A DNA stretch of 64,000 nt from assembly GCA_963596015.1 (NCBI GenBank), contig CAVBJS010000007.1, forward strand, positions 7,073-71,072, given 5' to 3'. Position numbers and translations under genes: made by a program. The notes below the pieces were generated by a model. That model was not told the origin of the DNA and ran no database searches. It worked only from the letters and a program-made list of their open reading frames with translations. This document shows positions 9,156 through 19,853 of the stretch, in pieces. The first letter of the stretch is position 1. Each line of letters starts with the position of its first letter. The DNA is from Bacteroidaceae bacterium. Lineage in GTDB: Bacteria; Bacillota; Clostridia; Lachnospirales; Lachnospiraceae.

Positions 9156-9866
9156 TTATTCTCCCAGATAAGCCTTTTTAATGGACTCATCGTTGAGAAG
9201 ATCGGCAGCCACGCCTTCCTTGACGATCTTGCCGGTCTCCAGCACATACGCGCGGTTGGCAATGGAAAGTGCCTTCTTCGCATTCTGCTCTACCAGCAGA
9301 ATGGTAACGCCCTGTTTATTGATCTCCTGGATGATATCAAAAATCTCTGTAACAAAAATAGGAGAAAGACCCATGGAAGGCTCGTCCATCAGGATCAGCT
9401 TAGGCTTAGCCATCAGGGCTCTGCCCATGGCCAGCATCTGCTGCTCGCCGCCGGAAAGGGTGCCGGCCATCTGCTTTAAACGCTCTTTAAGACGGGGAAA
9501 ACGCTCATAAACGATCTCCAGCGTTTCCTGGATCTCTGCCTTATCCTTTCTGGAATAAGCGCCCATCATCAGGTTTTCATAAACCGTCAGATTGGAAAAC
9601 ATGCGCCGTCCTTCCGGCACATGGGACATGCCGTGACGAACGATCTGATAGCCGGGGGTGTGGGTGATCTCTTTGCCATCAAATTCCACCGATCCGGACT
9701 TTGCACTCAAAAGGCCGCTGACGGTATGCAGCGTGGTGGTCTTTCCGGCACCGTTGGCACCGATCAGCGCCACGATCTCTCCCTGCTCAACTTCAAAAGA
9801 TACATCCTTTAAGGCATGGATCACACCATAATATACATTTAAATCTTTAACAGTAAGAAGTGCCAT
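9156..9866 (-). CDS. livF: Branched-chain amino acid ABC transporter ATP-binding protein
   Basis: GANGAGKTT, VPEGRR, LSGGEQQM, LVEQN. Confidence 0.93.
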   Translation of the reverse strand: MALLTVKDLNVYYGVIHALKDVSFEVEQGEIVALIGANGAGKTTTLHTVSGLLSAKSGSVEFDGKEITHTPGYQIVRHGMSHVPEGRRMFSNLTVYENLMMGAYSRKDKAEIQETLEIVYERFPRLKERLKQMAGTLSGGEQQMLAMGRALMAKPKLILMDEPSMGLSPIFVTEIFDIIQEINKQGVTILLVEQNAKKALSIANRAYVLETGKIVKEGVAADLLNDESIKKAYLGE

Positions 9867-9945
9867 AGTTTACCTTCCTTGACGCAATTTATTGCATAAA
9901 CAATCTACAACCTGCTACTGGAATGGGTACGAATAAGCAGTACTA

Positions 9946-10707
9946 TCAGTCACCCAGATAAGCGGTAATGACCGCCGGGTTATTCAATACTTCCTTGGGC
10001 GTACCTTCCGCTAACAGTCTGCCGAAGTTCAGCACATACAGGTACTCGCAGATGCCCTGCACCAGTTTCATATCGTGTTCGATCAGAAGAATCGTAACGC
10101 CATACTTCTCTCTCACCAGATGGATGGTCTCCATCAGTTCTTCTGTCTCATTGGGGTTCATGCCGGCGGCCGGCTCATCCAACAGCAAAAGCTTAGGATT
10201 GGTAGCCAGTGCTCTGGCGATCTCCAACTTACGCTGCTTACCATAAGGCAGGTTGGATGCCAAAGTAGTAGCCGCATCCTTATCCAAGTCAAATACCTTC
10301 AGGATAGAAAGGGCGCGCTCGTCCATTTCTTTTTCTTTCCGGCGATAGCTGCCTACATGGAGCATACTCTCTGCCAGAGAGTACTTTACCTGATTTTCCA
10401 GAGCTGCCTTTACATTGTCCAGCACAGAGAGCTTGGAAAAAAGACGGATATTCTGAAAAGTCCGGGCCACGCCGAGACGATTGATCTCAGAAGGGTTTTT
10501 GCCCACCAGGTTCTGGCCATCCAGGCGAATGCCGCCGTCTGTAGGACGATAAACGCCTGTAAGCATATTAAAGACGGTGGTCTTACCGGCGCCGTTCGGA
10601 CCGATCAGACCCACCAGGCCGCCTTTTTCTATTTTCATGGAAAGCTCATCGACAGCCCGCAGACCGCCGAAGGAAATTCCGAGACCTGTTACTTCTAACA
10701 TTGCCAT
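9946..10707 (-). CDS. livG: Branched-chain amino acid ABC transporter ATP-binding protein
   Basis: GPNGAGKTT, RTFQNIRLF, LPYG, DEPAAG, IEHDM. Confidence 0.93.
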   Translation of the reverse strand: MAMLEVTGLGISFGGLRAVDELSMKIEKGGLVGLIGPNGAGKTTVFNMLTGVYRPTDGGIRLDGQNLVGKNPSEINRLGVARTFQNIRLFSKLSVLDNVKAALENQVKYSLAESMLHVGSYRRKEKEMDERALSILKVFDLDKDAATTLASNLPYGKQRKLEIARALATNPKLLLLDEPAAGMNPNETEELMETIHLVREKYGVTILLIEHDMKLVQGICEYLYVLNFGRLLAEGTPKEVLNNPAVITAYLGD

Positions 10708-10708
10708 G

Positions 10709-11779
10709 TTAAGCGACCTCCTTCTTTGCTTCTTCCTTCTGTGCCTTCCGTGCTGCTCTCTTCTCGATCCAGTTGGTCTTAATGCCGGAATTGTTAAAGA
10801 TCATCAATACGATCAACAGAATCGCATAGATCAGCATACGATAATCGTTCATGGCACGAAGGAGCTCCGGCAATACGGTCAAAAGAGCTGCGGCAATGAT
10901 GGAGCCCCAGATATTGCCCAGTCCGCCCAGCACCACGAATACCAGGATCAGAATGGAAGTGTTAAAGTCAAATTTGGAAGCTGTGACCGTAGAGAAATTA
11001 AGGGCATACAGCGTGCCTGCCATACCTGCAAAAGCGGCGGAGATCACGAATGCCAGCAGTCTGCAGCGGGTCACCGGAATGCCGATGCTCTCTGCGGCGA
11101 TGCGGTTATCACGGACCGCCATGATAGAACGGCCGGTGCGGCTGTTGATCAGATTCAGGATCACGAAAAGAGTGATCAGGATCAGCACAAAACCGAATAC
11201 AAAGCTGGAAAGCTTGGTAACGCCGCTGACACCCATGGGGCCGTTGATGATCATCTTGCCTGTCTCATCCAGCTCAAAGGTCTGGTTCAGCAGGGAAAAA
11301 TGAAGGCCTTTACTGTCCATACCTACATAGAGCACGTTGATGATATTCTTAATGATCTCACCGAAAGCCAAAGTAACGATGGCCAGATAGTCACCCTTTA
11401 AGCGAAGTACCGGGATACCTACGATCACGCCGGCAATGGCTGCGCAAATGGCGCCGATCACCACGGCAATGGCCAGACGAAGAGGTGCGAAAGGCACAGC
11501 TTCTGCCAGATAGGTAGTGGTGACAATGCCCGCAAAGGCGCCTACAGACATAAATCCCGCATGACCTAAGGAAAGCTCACCTAAGATACCTACAGTCAGG
11601 TTCAGGGATACTGCCATGATAATATAGGCGCAGATGGGAACCAACTGTCCCTTCAAAGAGGAAGTGATATTTCCTGTGGACACCATGGTCTGCACAATAG
11701 CGAAAGCGATGATCACAATGCCATAAGAGATCACACTGTCCCGTCTGCTTCCTGCTAACAGGTTTTTGAATGCTTTCAT
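10709..11779 (-). CDS. livM: Branched-chain amino acid ABC transporter permease
   Basis: LSLGHAGF, LRLKGDYLAIVTLAFGEI, VLGGLG. Confidence 0.92.
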   Translation of the reverse strand: MKAFKNLLAGSRRDSVISYGIVIIAFAIVQTMVSTGNITSSLKGQLVPICAYIIMAVSLNLTVGILGELSLGHAGFMSVGAFAGIVTTTYLAEAVPFAPLRLAIAVVIGAICAAIAGVIVGIPVLRLKGDYLAIVTLAFGEIIKNIINVLYVGMDSKGLHFSLLNQTFELDETGKMIINGPMGVSGVTKLSSFVFGFVLILITLFVILNLINSRTGRSIMAVRDNRIAAESIGIPVTRCRLLAFVISAAFAGMAGTLYALNFSTVTASKFDFNTSILILVFVVLGGLGNIWGSIIAAALLTVLPELLRAMNDYRMLIYAILLIVLMIFNNSGIKTNWIEKRAARKAQKEEAKKEVA

Positions 11780-11795
11780 ATCTTATGACACCTCC

Positions 11796-12677
11796 TCAAA
11801 CCTTCTCGTTGACGTGCTTGCCCAACAGTCCGTCAGGCTTCACGATCAGGACGATGATCAATACCGCAAATACCACGGCATCCGAAAGCTGCGTGGAAAT
11901 ATATGCTTTGGAAAAGATCTCAATGATACCCAAAAGGATACCGCCGATCATAGCGCCGGGAATAGAGCCGATGCCGCCGAATACAGCTGCGGTGAAGGCT
12001 TTGATACCGGGCATGGAGCCGGTGGTAGGCATCAGGGTAGGATACGCGGAGCAAAGGAGCACACCTGCAATAGCTGCCAGACCGGAACCGATAGCAAAGG
12101 TCACGGAGATGGTGGTATTGACATTGATGCCCATGAGCTGTGCAGCGCCCTTATCCTCGGAAACAGCGCGCATAGCCGTACCGATCTTGGTCTTGGATGT
12201 AAAAAGAGAAAGAGCGATCATAATGATGATGCAGGCTGCCACCGTCACGATGGTGGTGCCGGAAATGGTGAGCTGGTTGTCAAAAAGACGCACCGACCAG
12301 TCTCCTACCACGGAGGTAAAAGTCTTCGGGCTTGATCCCCAGATCAGCAAAGCCGCATTCTGCAGAAAATAGGATACACCGATGGCTGTGATCAGAACTG
12401 CCAGGGAAGGTGCATTTCTAAGAGGCTTATACGCCAGCTTTTCCGTCAGCACACCCAGTGCCGTGCAGACGATGATGGCAAAGATCACCGAGATAAAGGG
12501 AGAAAGTCCCAGGTAGCTGGTGGTACAGAAGGAAATGTATCCGCCTACCATGATGATGTCACCATGGGCGAAGTTCAGCATCTTGGCAATTCCGTATACC
12601 ATGGTATAACCAAGGGCGATAATGGCATAAACACTTCCCAGACTAATACCGCTGATCAGATAAGATAAGAAGGTCAT
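11796..12677 (-). CDS. livH: Branched-chain amino acid ABC transporter permease
   Basis: YAIIALGYTMVYGI..NFAHG, KAFTAAVFGGIG; GAGGTG before MTFLSY. Confidence 0.92.
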   Translation of the reverse strand: MTFLSYLISGISLGSVYAIIALGYTMVYGIAKMLNFAHGDIIMVGGYISFCTTSYLGLSPFISVIFAIIVCTALGVLTEKLAYKPLRNAPSLAVLITAIGVSYFLQNAALLIWGSSPKTFTSVVGDWSVRLFDNQLTISGTTIVTVAACIIIMIALSLFTSKTKIGTAMRAVSEDKGAAQLMGINVNTTISVTFAIGSGLAAIAGVLLCSAYPTLMPTTGSMPGIKAFTAAVFGGIGSIPGAMIGGILLGIIEIFSKAYISTQLSDAVVFAVLIIVLIVKPDGLLGKHVNEKV

Positions 12678-12869
12678 GAGTTTCACCTCAATTCTAAAAG
12701 ATTTGTTTCCTGATAAAGGAAAGCGGCGGCTCGATGGCATTTCCAGAAGCCGACGTTCCTGTCAGTGACCGTCAAACAGCCGATTTTCTTCATCGTAATA
12801 AGATAAGGCGGCGCAAGGAAGACACGCTCCCTTGCGCTGCTCTCAATACTTACATGTAGTTGGTTCGTC

Positions 12870-14105
12870 TTACAGACCTACATAAGCACCGTTTTCGATG
12901 ACCATGCCCTTAGGGCTCTTGGATACGGCACCGGATGCATCCCAGGTCACGCCCTCACCGGTCAGACCATCAAAGGTGATGGTAGGGAATGTCTGCACCA
13001 TAAGCTCACACAGATCCTCAGCGGACATATCAGCGGTAGCGCCTGCTGCCTCTAAAGCTGCCTTGTATGCATATACGCAGTCATAAGCATCTGCTGCGAA
13101 CTGGTTCGGCACATCGCCGTACTGTTCTTTGTACTTGGTTACGAAGCTCTGGGTCTTCTCATCCTCTGCATCTGCATTGAAAGGTGTCAGCAGGATAACG
13201 CCCTCTGCTAAGGAAGTATCAAAGCCTTCCAGAGTCAGGATACCGTCCATACCGTCTACACCGAAGAAGGTAGGTGCATAATCCATATCCTTAGCCTGCT
13301 TCAGGATCAGGGATGCGGGCTGATAGTAGATAGGAAGGAACAGTAAGTCTGCCTCTGCCTTCTTAGCCTCGCCCAGCTGTACGGAGAAGTCGTTGGAGCT
13401 TGCGTCGGTGAAGGTACCTTCATAAACGATCTCTAAGCCCTTAGCCTCTGCCTCAGCCTTGAACTTTTCTTCAATGCCGCTGGAGTAAACATCGTCATTT
13501 CTGTAAATAACAGCGATCTTGGTGCCGAGGGACTTCTCTGCGATGTAATCAGCAGATGCGGTACCCTGGTTAGGATCTGCAAAGCACATCTGGAATACAT
13601 TGTCCTTGCCCTCTGTTACTGCGGTAGAGGATGCGGAAGGAGTCAGTGCGAAGATGCGATCTGCAAAGTTCTCGGTGGAAGTAGCCTCGCAAGGCTTGGT
13701 GGTTACGGAGCCCAGGGAGATCTGCATACCCCAGTCCTTTAAAGTATTGTATGCGGAAACGGCCTTCTCAGGATCGTTCTCATCATCTTCATACTTAAGC
13801 TCGAACTGAATAGCGCCGCCCTCTGCATTGATCTCATCAACTGCGATCTGTGCGCCGTTCTTTACGGCATTACCGTAAATAGCTGCTGCACCGGTCAAGG
13901 GTGCTGTGCCGCCGATCTTAAAGGTGCCGCCGGCTGCTGCGGTGCTCTCGGAAGACTCTGCCTCTGCGGCGTCTTCGCTGGTCTCTTCTGCTGCTGTGGA
14001 TGCAGCCTCATCGGAAGAGCCGGATGCAGATGAACTGCCACAGCCAACCAGAAGGCTTGCACACATAGCTGCAGCTAACAATACGCTTACTGCTGCTTTC
14101 TTCAT
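12870..14105 (-). CDS. livK: Branched-chain amino acid ABC transporter substrate-binding lipoprotein (LivJ/LivK-like)
   Basis: Lipobox LVGC, KIGGTAPLTGAAAIYG, FAADAYD; heads the liv operon; GAGGAGG before MKKAAV. Confidence 0.85.
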   Translation of the reverse strand: MKKAAVSVLLAAAMCASLLVGCGSSSASGSSDEAASTAAEETSEDAAEAESSESTAAAGGTFKIGGTAPLTGAAAIYGNAVKNGAQIAVDEINAEGGAIQFELKYEDDENDPEKAVSAYNTLKDWGMQISLGSVTTKPCEATSTENFADRIFALTPSASSTAVTEGKDNVFQMCFADPNQGTASADYIAEKSLGTKIAVIYRNDDVYSSGIEEKFKAEAEAKGLEIVYEGTFTDASSNDFSVQLGEAKKAEADLLFLPIYYQPASLILKQAKDMDYAPTFFGVDGMDGILTLEGFDTSLAEGVILLTPFNADAEDEKTQSFVTKYKEQYGDVPNQFAADAYDCVYAYKAALEAAGATADMSAEDLCELMVQTFPTITFDGLTGEGVTWDASGAVSKSPKGMVIENGAYVGL

Positions 14106-14352
14106 AATAGTTTCCTCCTCTTGGAACATATTCTCTGCCGGGACAATGGGCCACAAGTGTCCACCCAGCAAATACAAATGTACATATTACATGTACTTGA
14201 TGCATTATACACTACTTTGTTCTTATATAAAAGTGTTTTTTTGCATGTAAGACAAAAAATTAACGAGGGACCGTTGCAGCGCAGCTGCCGGACAGGCTCT
14301 GCTACCCGCCCCCGGCCGGCGGCTGAACAATGATCAAGACAGACACCATAAG

Positions 14353-14387
14353 TAAATCCCACCCGGTAAATAAACAGGTGGGATTTC
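14353..14387 (-). terminator. Intrinsic terminator after the hybrid kinase
   Basis: AAATCCCACC..GGTGGGATTT stem just past the stop at 14391. Confidence 0.6.
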
Positions 14388-14390
14388 TAT

Positions 14391-16565
14391 TTACAAACAC
14401 TTGCGGATAGCGTCCATGATCTTCCGACTGTCTAACGGCTTGGTGAGATGTTCATTCATACCTGCCAGCCAGCTTTTGATCGTATCATCTGCCAGGGCAT
14501 TGGCGGACATGGCTATGATAGGGATCTCCCGGGCATCCTGCCTCTGCATGGCCCTGATCCGGCGGGTGGCGTCAAGTCCGTTTAATTCCGGCATCATGAC
14601 ATCCATCAGGATCACGTCATAATAGCCCGGCGCCGATTCCTTAAATCTTCTTACACCTTCCAGACCGTTTACCGCGCCTTCCACCAGCATACCCTGGTCT
14701 TCTAAAATGAAGGTGGCGATCTCCATATTCAGTGCATTATCTTCCACCACCAGCGCTCGCCGTCCCTGCAGGGAAACAGCCTTGGAATCCTTCACTACGG
14801 GCAGTTCATCCGGGTCTCCTATCAGGAAAGGAAGCTCCACATATGCCGTGGTGCCTACGCCTTTTTCACTCTCCAGCCGTATGGTCCCGTGCATTCTCTC
14901 TGCCAGCTTTTTGGCGATGGCCAGGCCAAGACCCGTTCCTTCATACCGGGTACGGCTGCCTTCATCTTCCTGGGAAAACATATCAAAGGCGCGAGACACA
15001 AATTCCTTGCTCATGCCAATGCCCTGATCCTTGCAGAAAAAGGTGTACATTATGGTTTTCTCATCGCTCCGTCCGGCACTGCATCCCACGGTAATGGTAG
15101 TTCCGCTATGGGAAAACTTAATAGCATTGTCAGACAGGATAGATAAGATCCGTGATACATAAACGGGATTTCCCACCAGATATCGGTGATCCATTCTGCT
15201 GTTATCCCAGTCGATCACATAGTCAATGTTTTTCCTGGCAGCTTTCACTGCGGCATCCGTATTTACTTCCCGCAGCATGTTAGCTATATCAAATGTCACG
15301 GTATTGACTTTGAAATCATCCGTCTGTATCTTATTTATATCCAGAACATCATTTACCAAGGATACAAGATAGCCGGACAATTCCTTTATCTTTATACGAC
15401 ACTTGGTCTGCAGTTCCATATCTTCCGGATGCTGGTCCGCCATATTGATAAGGCCCACAATGCCGTTCATGGGTGTACGGATATCGTGACTCATGTTGGA
15501 TAGAAAGCGGGTCTTCTCCCGGGCCTCCCGGTTGGCCTCTGCAGCCTTTAACTTCAGCTGCACCTCTTTTCTTTTCTCATCACTGACGTTTCTGATGGCA
15601 CACAGCACATTAGTGACACGGCCCTGTTCATCTCTCTTCTTGACTATCAGCCGTGCCCTATGCCAGTCTCCGCTCTTTATACGGTATTCCATGGAAATGG
15701 ATTCCTCACTCTGCAGGCGCTCTGCCAATGTAGAGATATCGGAAAAGACCAGGAAATCCTCCAGATATTCATCGTCGACGATCTGCTCACAATTCCGGCG
15801 TGTATTTGGGCTGTAGCATCCTCCTTTTTCCATATTTTTCGGAAAATTCTCATACCCGGACACCACTTCATAACGATCCGCATCTATGTCGATCCTGGTA
15901 ATATAGAAATAACTTTTACCGATGGCCGAGATGATCTCATTCTTAATCTGCGTCTCGTCCAGGGCAGCCTGGATGCTTTGTTGGATATTCTTTTCTTTCT
16001 CGATGACATCATCAATGTAGCGCAGTCCGATCAGCGCCTTGCATTCCGATGGTTCTTCCTGCTGATGTACCTTTATAACCTGCGCCTCAAAATATCTCTG
16101 CCCGGCCGCGTTCGGGATACTTTCATAATGAAAAACTGTCCTGTCGCTGTCTTCCAACTGTTTTTTCAGATTAGCACAGGAAAACCAGTTCTTAAACGCA
16201 CCCCGGTTTTCTTCGGTAAGATATTTCTCTGCATACTGATCGGAATATGCATTAAAGTGAGTAAAGCCGGTCTGTTCCCTCTGCAGCATGCCCATGGCAT
16301 TGGTGGTCTCCGCCAGCTTCAAAGTCTCATATTTTCCGGTATTTAAGTCCACCGCATATACGGACGTAAAATCCATGCAGAGCCTGTCCAGGATATCCTT
16401 CTCCCCTTGCAGGCGCTTAAGAGCGATCTTTAATTCATCGTTGGACTTCTTTAACTGTGTATAAGCCTCGGAAAGCTGCTGCTGCATTTCCCGTATGGCA
16501 TCCTCATGCTGTGTCTCCTGAAGCTGAGGCATGTGATAATCTTTGCTATCATTTTTTTCTGTCAT
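14391..16565 (-). CDS. Hybrid sensor histidine kinase/response regulator (cytoplasmic, PAS-like input)
   Basis: H-box FLSNMSHDIRTPMN, NAIKF, GTGLGLAI, receiver ILMDVMMP; no obvious TM helix. Confidence 0.92.
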   Translation of the reverse strand: MTEKNDSKDYHMPQLQETQHEDAIREMQQQLSEAYTQLKKSNDELKIALKRLQGEKDILDRLCMDFTSVYAVDLNTGKYETLKLAETTNAMGMLQREQTGFTHFNAYSDQYAEKYLTEENRGAFKNWFSCANLKKQLEDSDRTVFHYESIPNAAGQRYFEAQVIKVHQQEEPSECKALIGLRYIDDVIEKEKNIQQSIQAALDETQIKNEIISAIGKSYFYITRIDIDADRYEVVSGYENFPKNMEKGGCYSPNTRRNCEQIVDDEYLEDFLVFSDISTLAERLQSEESISMEYRIKSGDWHRARLIVKKRDEQGRVTNVLCAIRNVSDEKRKEVQLKLKAAEANREAREKTRFLSNMSHDIRTPMNGIVGLINMADQHPEDMELQTKCRIKIKELSGYLVSLVNDVLDINKIQTDDFKVNTVTFDIANMLREVNTDAAVKAARKNIDYVIDWDNSRMDHRYLVGNPVYVSRILSILSDNAIKFSHSGTTITVGCSAGRSDEKTIMYTFFCKDQGIGMSKEFVSRAFDMFSQEDEGSRTRYEGTGLGLAIAKKLAERMHGTIRLESEKGVGTTAYVELPFLIGDPDELPVVKDSKAVSLQGRRALVVEDNALNMEIATFILEDQGMLVEGAVNGLEGVRRFKESAPGYYDVILMDVMMPELNGLDATRRIRAMQRQDAREIPIIAMSANALADDTIKSWLAGMNEHLTKPLDSRKIMDAIRKCL

Positions 16566-16808
16566 TTATGTCTCATTTCTTTTGCTTACTGTTTGCATGT
16601 ATGCAGCATACGCCATGTTATAAAACAAAATAAAATGCCTGCAGGGAATTGCTCTCTGCAATATGATGGACAGCATCCGGCTTTTTCGATGAAAAGCAAA
16701 ATTGTTTCTAAATATTTTTCTTCTTTATAATACCATATATTACACACTTTTTTTACGTTTTTTTTACCTTTCCCTTATGATGCGATACGTATTGGCTGTT
16801 TTCTAAGG

Positions 16809-16858
16809 GTTACGGTTCAGGCGCCGGGCAGGCTGCATAGTGGCACCTGAACGATAAC
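16809..16858. repeat. Imperfect palindrome GTTACGGTTCAGGCGCC..GGCACCTGAACGATAAC
   Basis: 14 of 17 arm positions complementary; related half-sites at 1813-1837. Confidence 0.55.
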
Positions 16859-17045
16859 TTGCAAAGAAGCTGCTGACAGGCAATACTGGCCGATCATGTC
16901 TTCGACGCTATCATAATATGGAAGCTGATGATCTCACATTCACAAATTCGCCTTTTTATATATAAAATCGTCTTGTTTGAAAAAATCTGTACAGACAATG
17001 ATCAGGTAAGTTTGTGACCGGCATAGTAATCTAAAAACAGTTGTG

Positions 17046-17105
17046 ATTTTTATTCGGCCACGTCCGAGTCAGGCATAGCCGAATAAAAATATATTATTTT
17101 TTAAG
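17046..17105. repeat. Palindromic site P1 (left of ATPase pair)
   Basis: ATTTTTATTCGGC-cacgtccgagtcaggcata-GCCGAATAAAAAT then ATATTATTTTTTAA; homologous to 19854-19907. Confidence 0.85.
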
Positions 17106-17174
17106 GTCTAACCTGAAAAACTTTATTATTCTACAAAGTTTTTATGTTATTATAATAAAAAGGAGGTATCTTCC

Positions 17175-18374
17175 ATGATTCCAAGACCTGATTATATCCA
17201 CGCCATTGAACCCTTTATAGACAAACCACTGGTTAAAATCCTTGCAGGCATCCGTCGCTGCGGAAAATCCACTATTTTTGAAATGCTGAAAAATGAACTT
17301 ATAGATCGCGGTATCTCTAAGGAACAGATCATCCAGAAACGTTATACGGAAATGGATATTCCCGAAAATATCACAGCCAGAGAAATGTATGACCAACTCA
17401 TTTCTGCCATGGCCGGAAAAAAGCACTGCTATCTGCTTCTGGACGAGATTCAGGAGGTCCCCGGGTGGGAAAAAGCCGTAAACAGTATCCTGGAGGAGGG
17501 AAATGCAGATATCTACATAACCGGCTCAAACTCCAAGCTGATGTCCAGTGAGATCTCCACTTATCTGACCGGACGTTACGTGCTGATTCCTGTCTACACC
17601 CTTTCTTTTCGTGAGTACCTGGATTTTAAATCCCACAGTACCCTGTCCCGCAATGAACTTCTGGATGAATATATCCGTCTTGGGGCCTTTCCCATTGTGG
17701 CACTGGGAGATTATGATAACGATCAAGCTTATCAGATCATAGATGGTATTTATCACACGGTCGTTTCCCGTGATATTGTAAAACGCCACCGCATCAACAA
17801 ACAGGATCTGTTCGACCGGGTCGTAAAATATATCATTGAAAATGTAGGGAAAACTTTTTCTGCTAATTCCATATCCAAATTTCTGAAAAGTGAAAACCGA
17901 AGTGTTTCGATAGAAAGCATTTACAATTACCTGCGCTGGCTGGAGCAAGCTTTTATCATCTATCCCTGTGCGCGCTATGATCTGCAAGGCAAAAGCATTC
18001 TGAAAACCCAGGAAAAATACTATCTGGGCGACATTTCTTTGAAATATGCGCTCCTGGGCTATAACCGCAAAATGTTGGACGGCGCTATGGAAAATATCGT
18101 CTTTCTGGAATTGAAACGTCGTGGCTATGCCGTTTATATCGGAAAAAATGATACGAAAGAAATTGATTTTATTGCCATTCGCCGAGACGAAAAGATCTAT
18201 GTGCAGGTTTGTGTGCAACTACCGGAGAATTCCGATCACGAAGTGGGAAATCTTATGGAAATACGGGATCACTATCCCAAATATGTGATCACCTTAAATC
18301 CTTTGGATGTTGGCATCGAAAATGGGATCCACATTGTGCATTTAGGGGATTTCCTGTTAGAAGAAAAGTGGTGA
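17175..18374 (+). CDS. AAA-family ATPase with DUF4143-type C-terminus
   Basis: Walker A GIRRCGKS, Walker B LLLDEIQ, ITGSNS, KYYLGD, ENIVFLEL, EIDF; AGGAGG RBS. Confidence 0.88.
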   Translation: MIPRPDYIHAIEPFIDKPLVKILAGIRRCGKSTIFEMLKNELIDRGISKEQIIQKRYTEMDIPENITAREMYDQLISAMAGKKHCYLLLDEIQEVPGWEKAVNSILEEGNADIYITGSNSKLMSSEISTYLTGRYVLIPVYTLSFREYLDFKSHSTLSRNELLDEYIRLGAFPIVALGDYDNDQAYQIIDGIYHTVVSRDIVKRHRINKQDLFDRVVKYIIENVGKTFSANSISKFLKSENRSVSIESIYNYLRWLEQAFIIYPCARYDLQGKSILKTQEKYYLGDISLKYALLGYNRKMLDGAMENIVFLELKRRGYAVYIGKNDTKEIDFIAIRRDEKIYVQVCVQLPENSDHEVGNLMEIRDHYPKYVITLNPLDVGIENGIHIVHLGDFLLEEKW

Positions 18375-18495
18375 CATTGCAGCGGTCACCGGCTATATAC
18401 ACCGGAGCCATTCTATTCGCCGGTTTAAAAAATACCGGCTTACCTCCGTCTGCTTATCGCAAGCAGGCGGCGAAAAACCGGCATTTTTATATGCG
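18374..18495 (+). pseudogene. Frameshifted copy of the 3' end of the AraC gene at 26662-27714
   Basis: Aligns to 27596-27719 with a 46 bp identical core (18444-18489 = 27668-27713); small indels break the frame. Confidence 0.88.
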
Positions 18496-18530
18496 CATTC
18501 AAGTTTTATAAAGAGGCCGGCTTTGCCGAC

Positions 18531-18560
18531 GCCGGAGGGTTAGCAGCTTAAACCTCCGGC
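18531..18560. terminator. Stem-loop between the convergent ATPase genes
   Basis: GCCGGAGG..CCTCCGGC. Confidence 0.5.
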
Positions 18561-18595
18561 TCATTTACTATACAGTTCCGCCAGATCGATCAAGA

Positions 18596-19756
18596 TCAGA
18601 TCATTCTGGGGCTCGCATGTAAATCCGGATCTGGAAAAGAAGCTTTTTCGAAGACCTCTTCCATTGATCCCTGTCTGTTTTTTCTGATGAGATACTGCTT
18701 GCAGATCCTCTCGAAACACTTCGGGACGTACTTTGTTTCAAAATCCTCTGCAATATATTTATCATAAAACACATCAGGATCCATAATGTTCATCCTGGAC
18801 ATATTTCTGAAAATATATTTGTAATAAAACAACGACAGATTATCTGAAATATAATATCCCGATTTTTTCTTATTATGTTCATCATTAATAGGCGCTTCTT
18901 TTGCCACCACATCCATACGCATCAACTTATCAAGGACATCGATCAAAGCCGGTCCGCTGGATACGTTGGACTGATCAAGAATATCCTTATATCTGGAATA
19001 TCCTCTTGCCAGGGCTTCAAAGACCTCATTTGCATTTGTGATCTTTGAGATCTCGGAATTAAGATACATAGAAACCTCATTTTCCAGACGTGCCCCGGGG
19101 GACGCAATAAGGTCTATCATATTCTCTCTAACACTTTTTTGTGCATCGATCAGTCGATTGTAATAGGGAATTCCTCCAAATACACTGAACAGCCTTACCT
19201 TGTCCTCATCTGTAAACGCAGGATAAAACAATGCAGATTCATAATAATCCATTGGTTTTAGATCAATCGTAAGATCGATCCTGCCAAATAGAGGATTCTG
19301 CTTTTCCAGAAGTGCTTTCATGGTATCTACGTAAGAGCCGCAGAGGATCAGCTTTATCCCGGAAGTATCTTTATAACAGTCTATAAGAGATTGCAAAATA
19401 CTATCCAGTCCCTTTGTGTTTTCCCGCAGATATGGATATTCATCCAGCACAAGGATCATCGGTTCTTTTTCTGCTATTTTAAAAAGAAATCGGAGCAGAT
19501 TCTCCATATTTTCAAAAGCAGGCCTGGGAAAGTCAAAGCTTTCGCCTATCAGTTCCGCCAGACTGGCCACGTTGTTATATTCACTGGTCTGTTTACATTC
19601 ATAGTAAATGCTTTTAAGCTCTGTTTCCTTCAGAGCCTGCTTGATCAGTTCGCTTTTTCCAATTCTGCGTCTGCCGTAAATCAGGGAAATCATCTGATGG
19701 TCGGAAAGGAACATGGCATGCAATTTTTTTCTCTCATTTTCTCTTCCGTAAAACAT
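18596..19756 (-). CDS. Archaeal-ATPase-domain AAA protein, probably C-terminally truncated (DUF234-type tail missing)
   Basis: MFYGRE, YGRRRIGKS, LVLDEYPY, LILCGS, GGIPYY, YYISDN; ends abruptly after FEK with an unrelated tail. Confidence 0.8.
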   Translation of the reverse strand: MFYGRENERKKLHAMFLSDHQMISLIYGRRRIGKSELIKQALKETELKSIYYECKQTSEYNNVASLAELIGESFDFPRPAFENMENLLRFLFKIAEKEPMILVLDEYPYLRENTKGLDSILQSLIDCYKDTSGIKLILCGSYVDTMKALLEKQNPLFGRIDLTIDLKPMDYYESALFYPAFTDEDKVRLFSVFGGIPYYNRLIDAQKSVRENMIDLIASPGARLENEVSMYLNSEISKITNANEVFEALARGYSRYKDILDQSNVSSGPALIDVLDKLMRMDVVAKEAPINDEHNKKKSGYYISDNLSLFYYKYIFRNMSRMNIMDPDVFYDKYIAEDFETKYVPKCFERICKQYLIRKNRQGSMEEVFEKASFPDPDLHASPRMI

Positions 19757-19853
19757 AGGCTGCACACTCCAGACTGAACAAAAGTCAAAGCTAACTTAAA
19801 ATCAGATAAAAGATGATATACCAAGTATAGTGAGCTTGTAAGCCAATGTAAAA

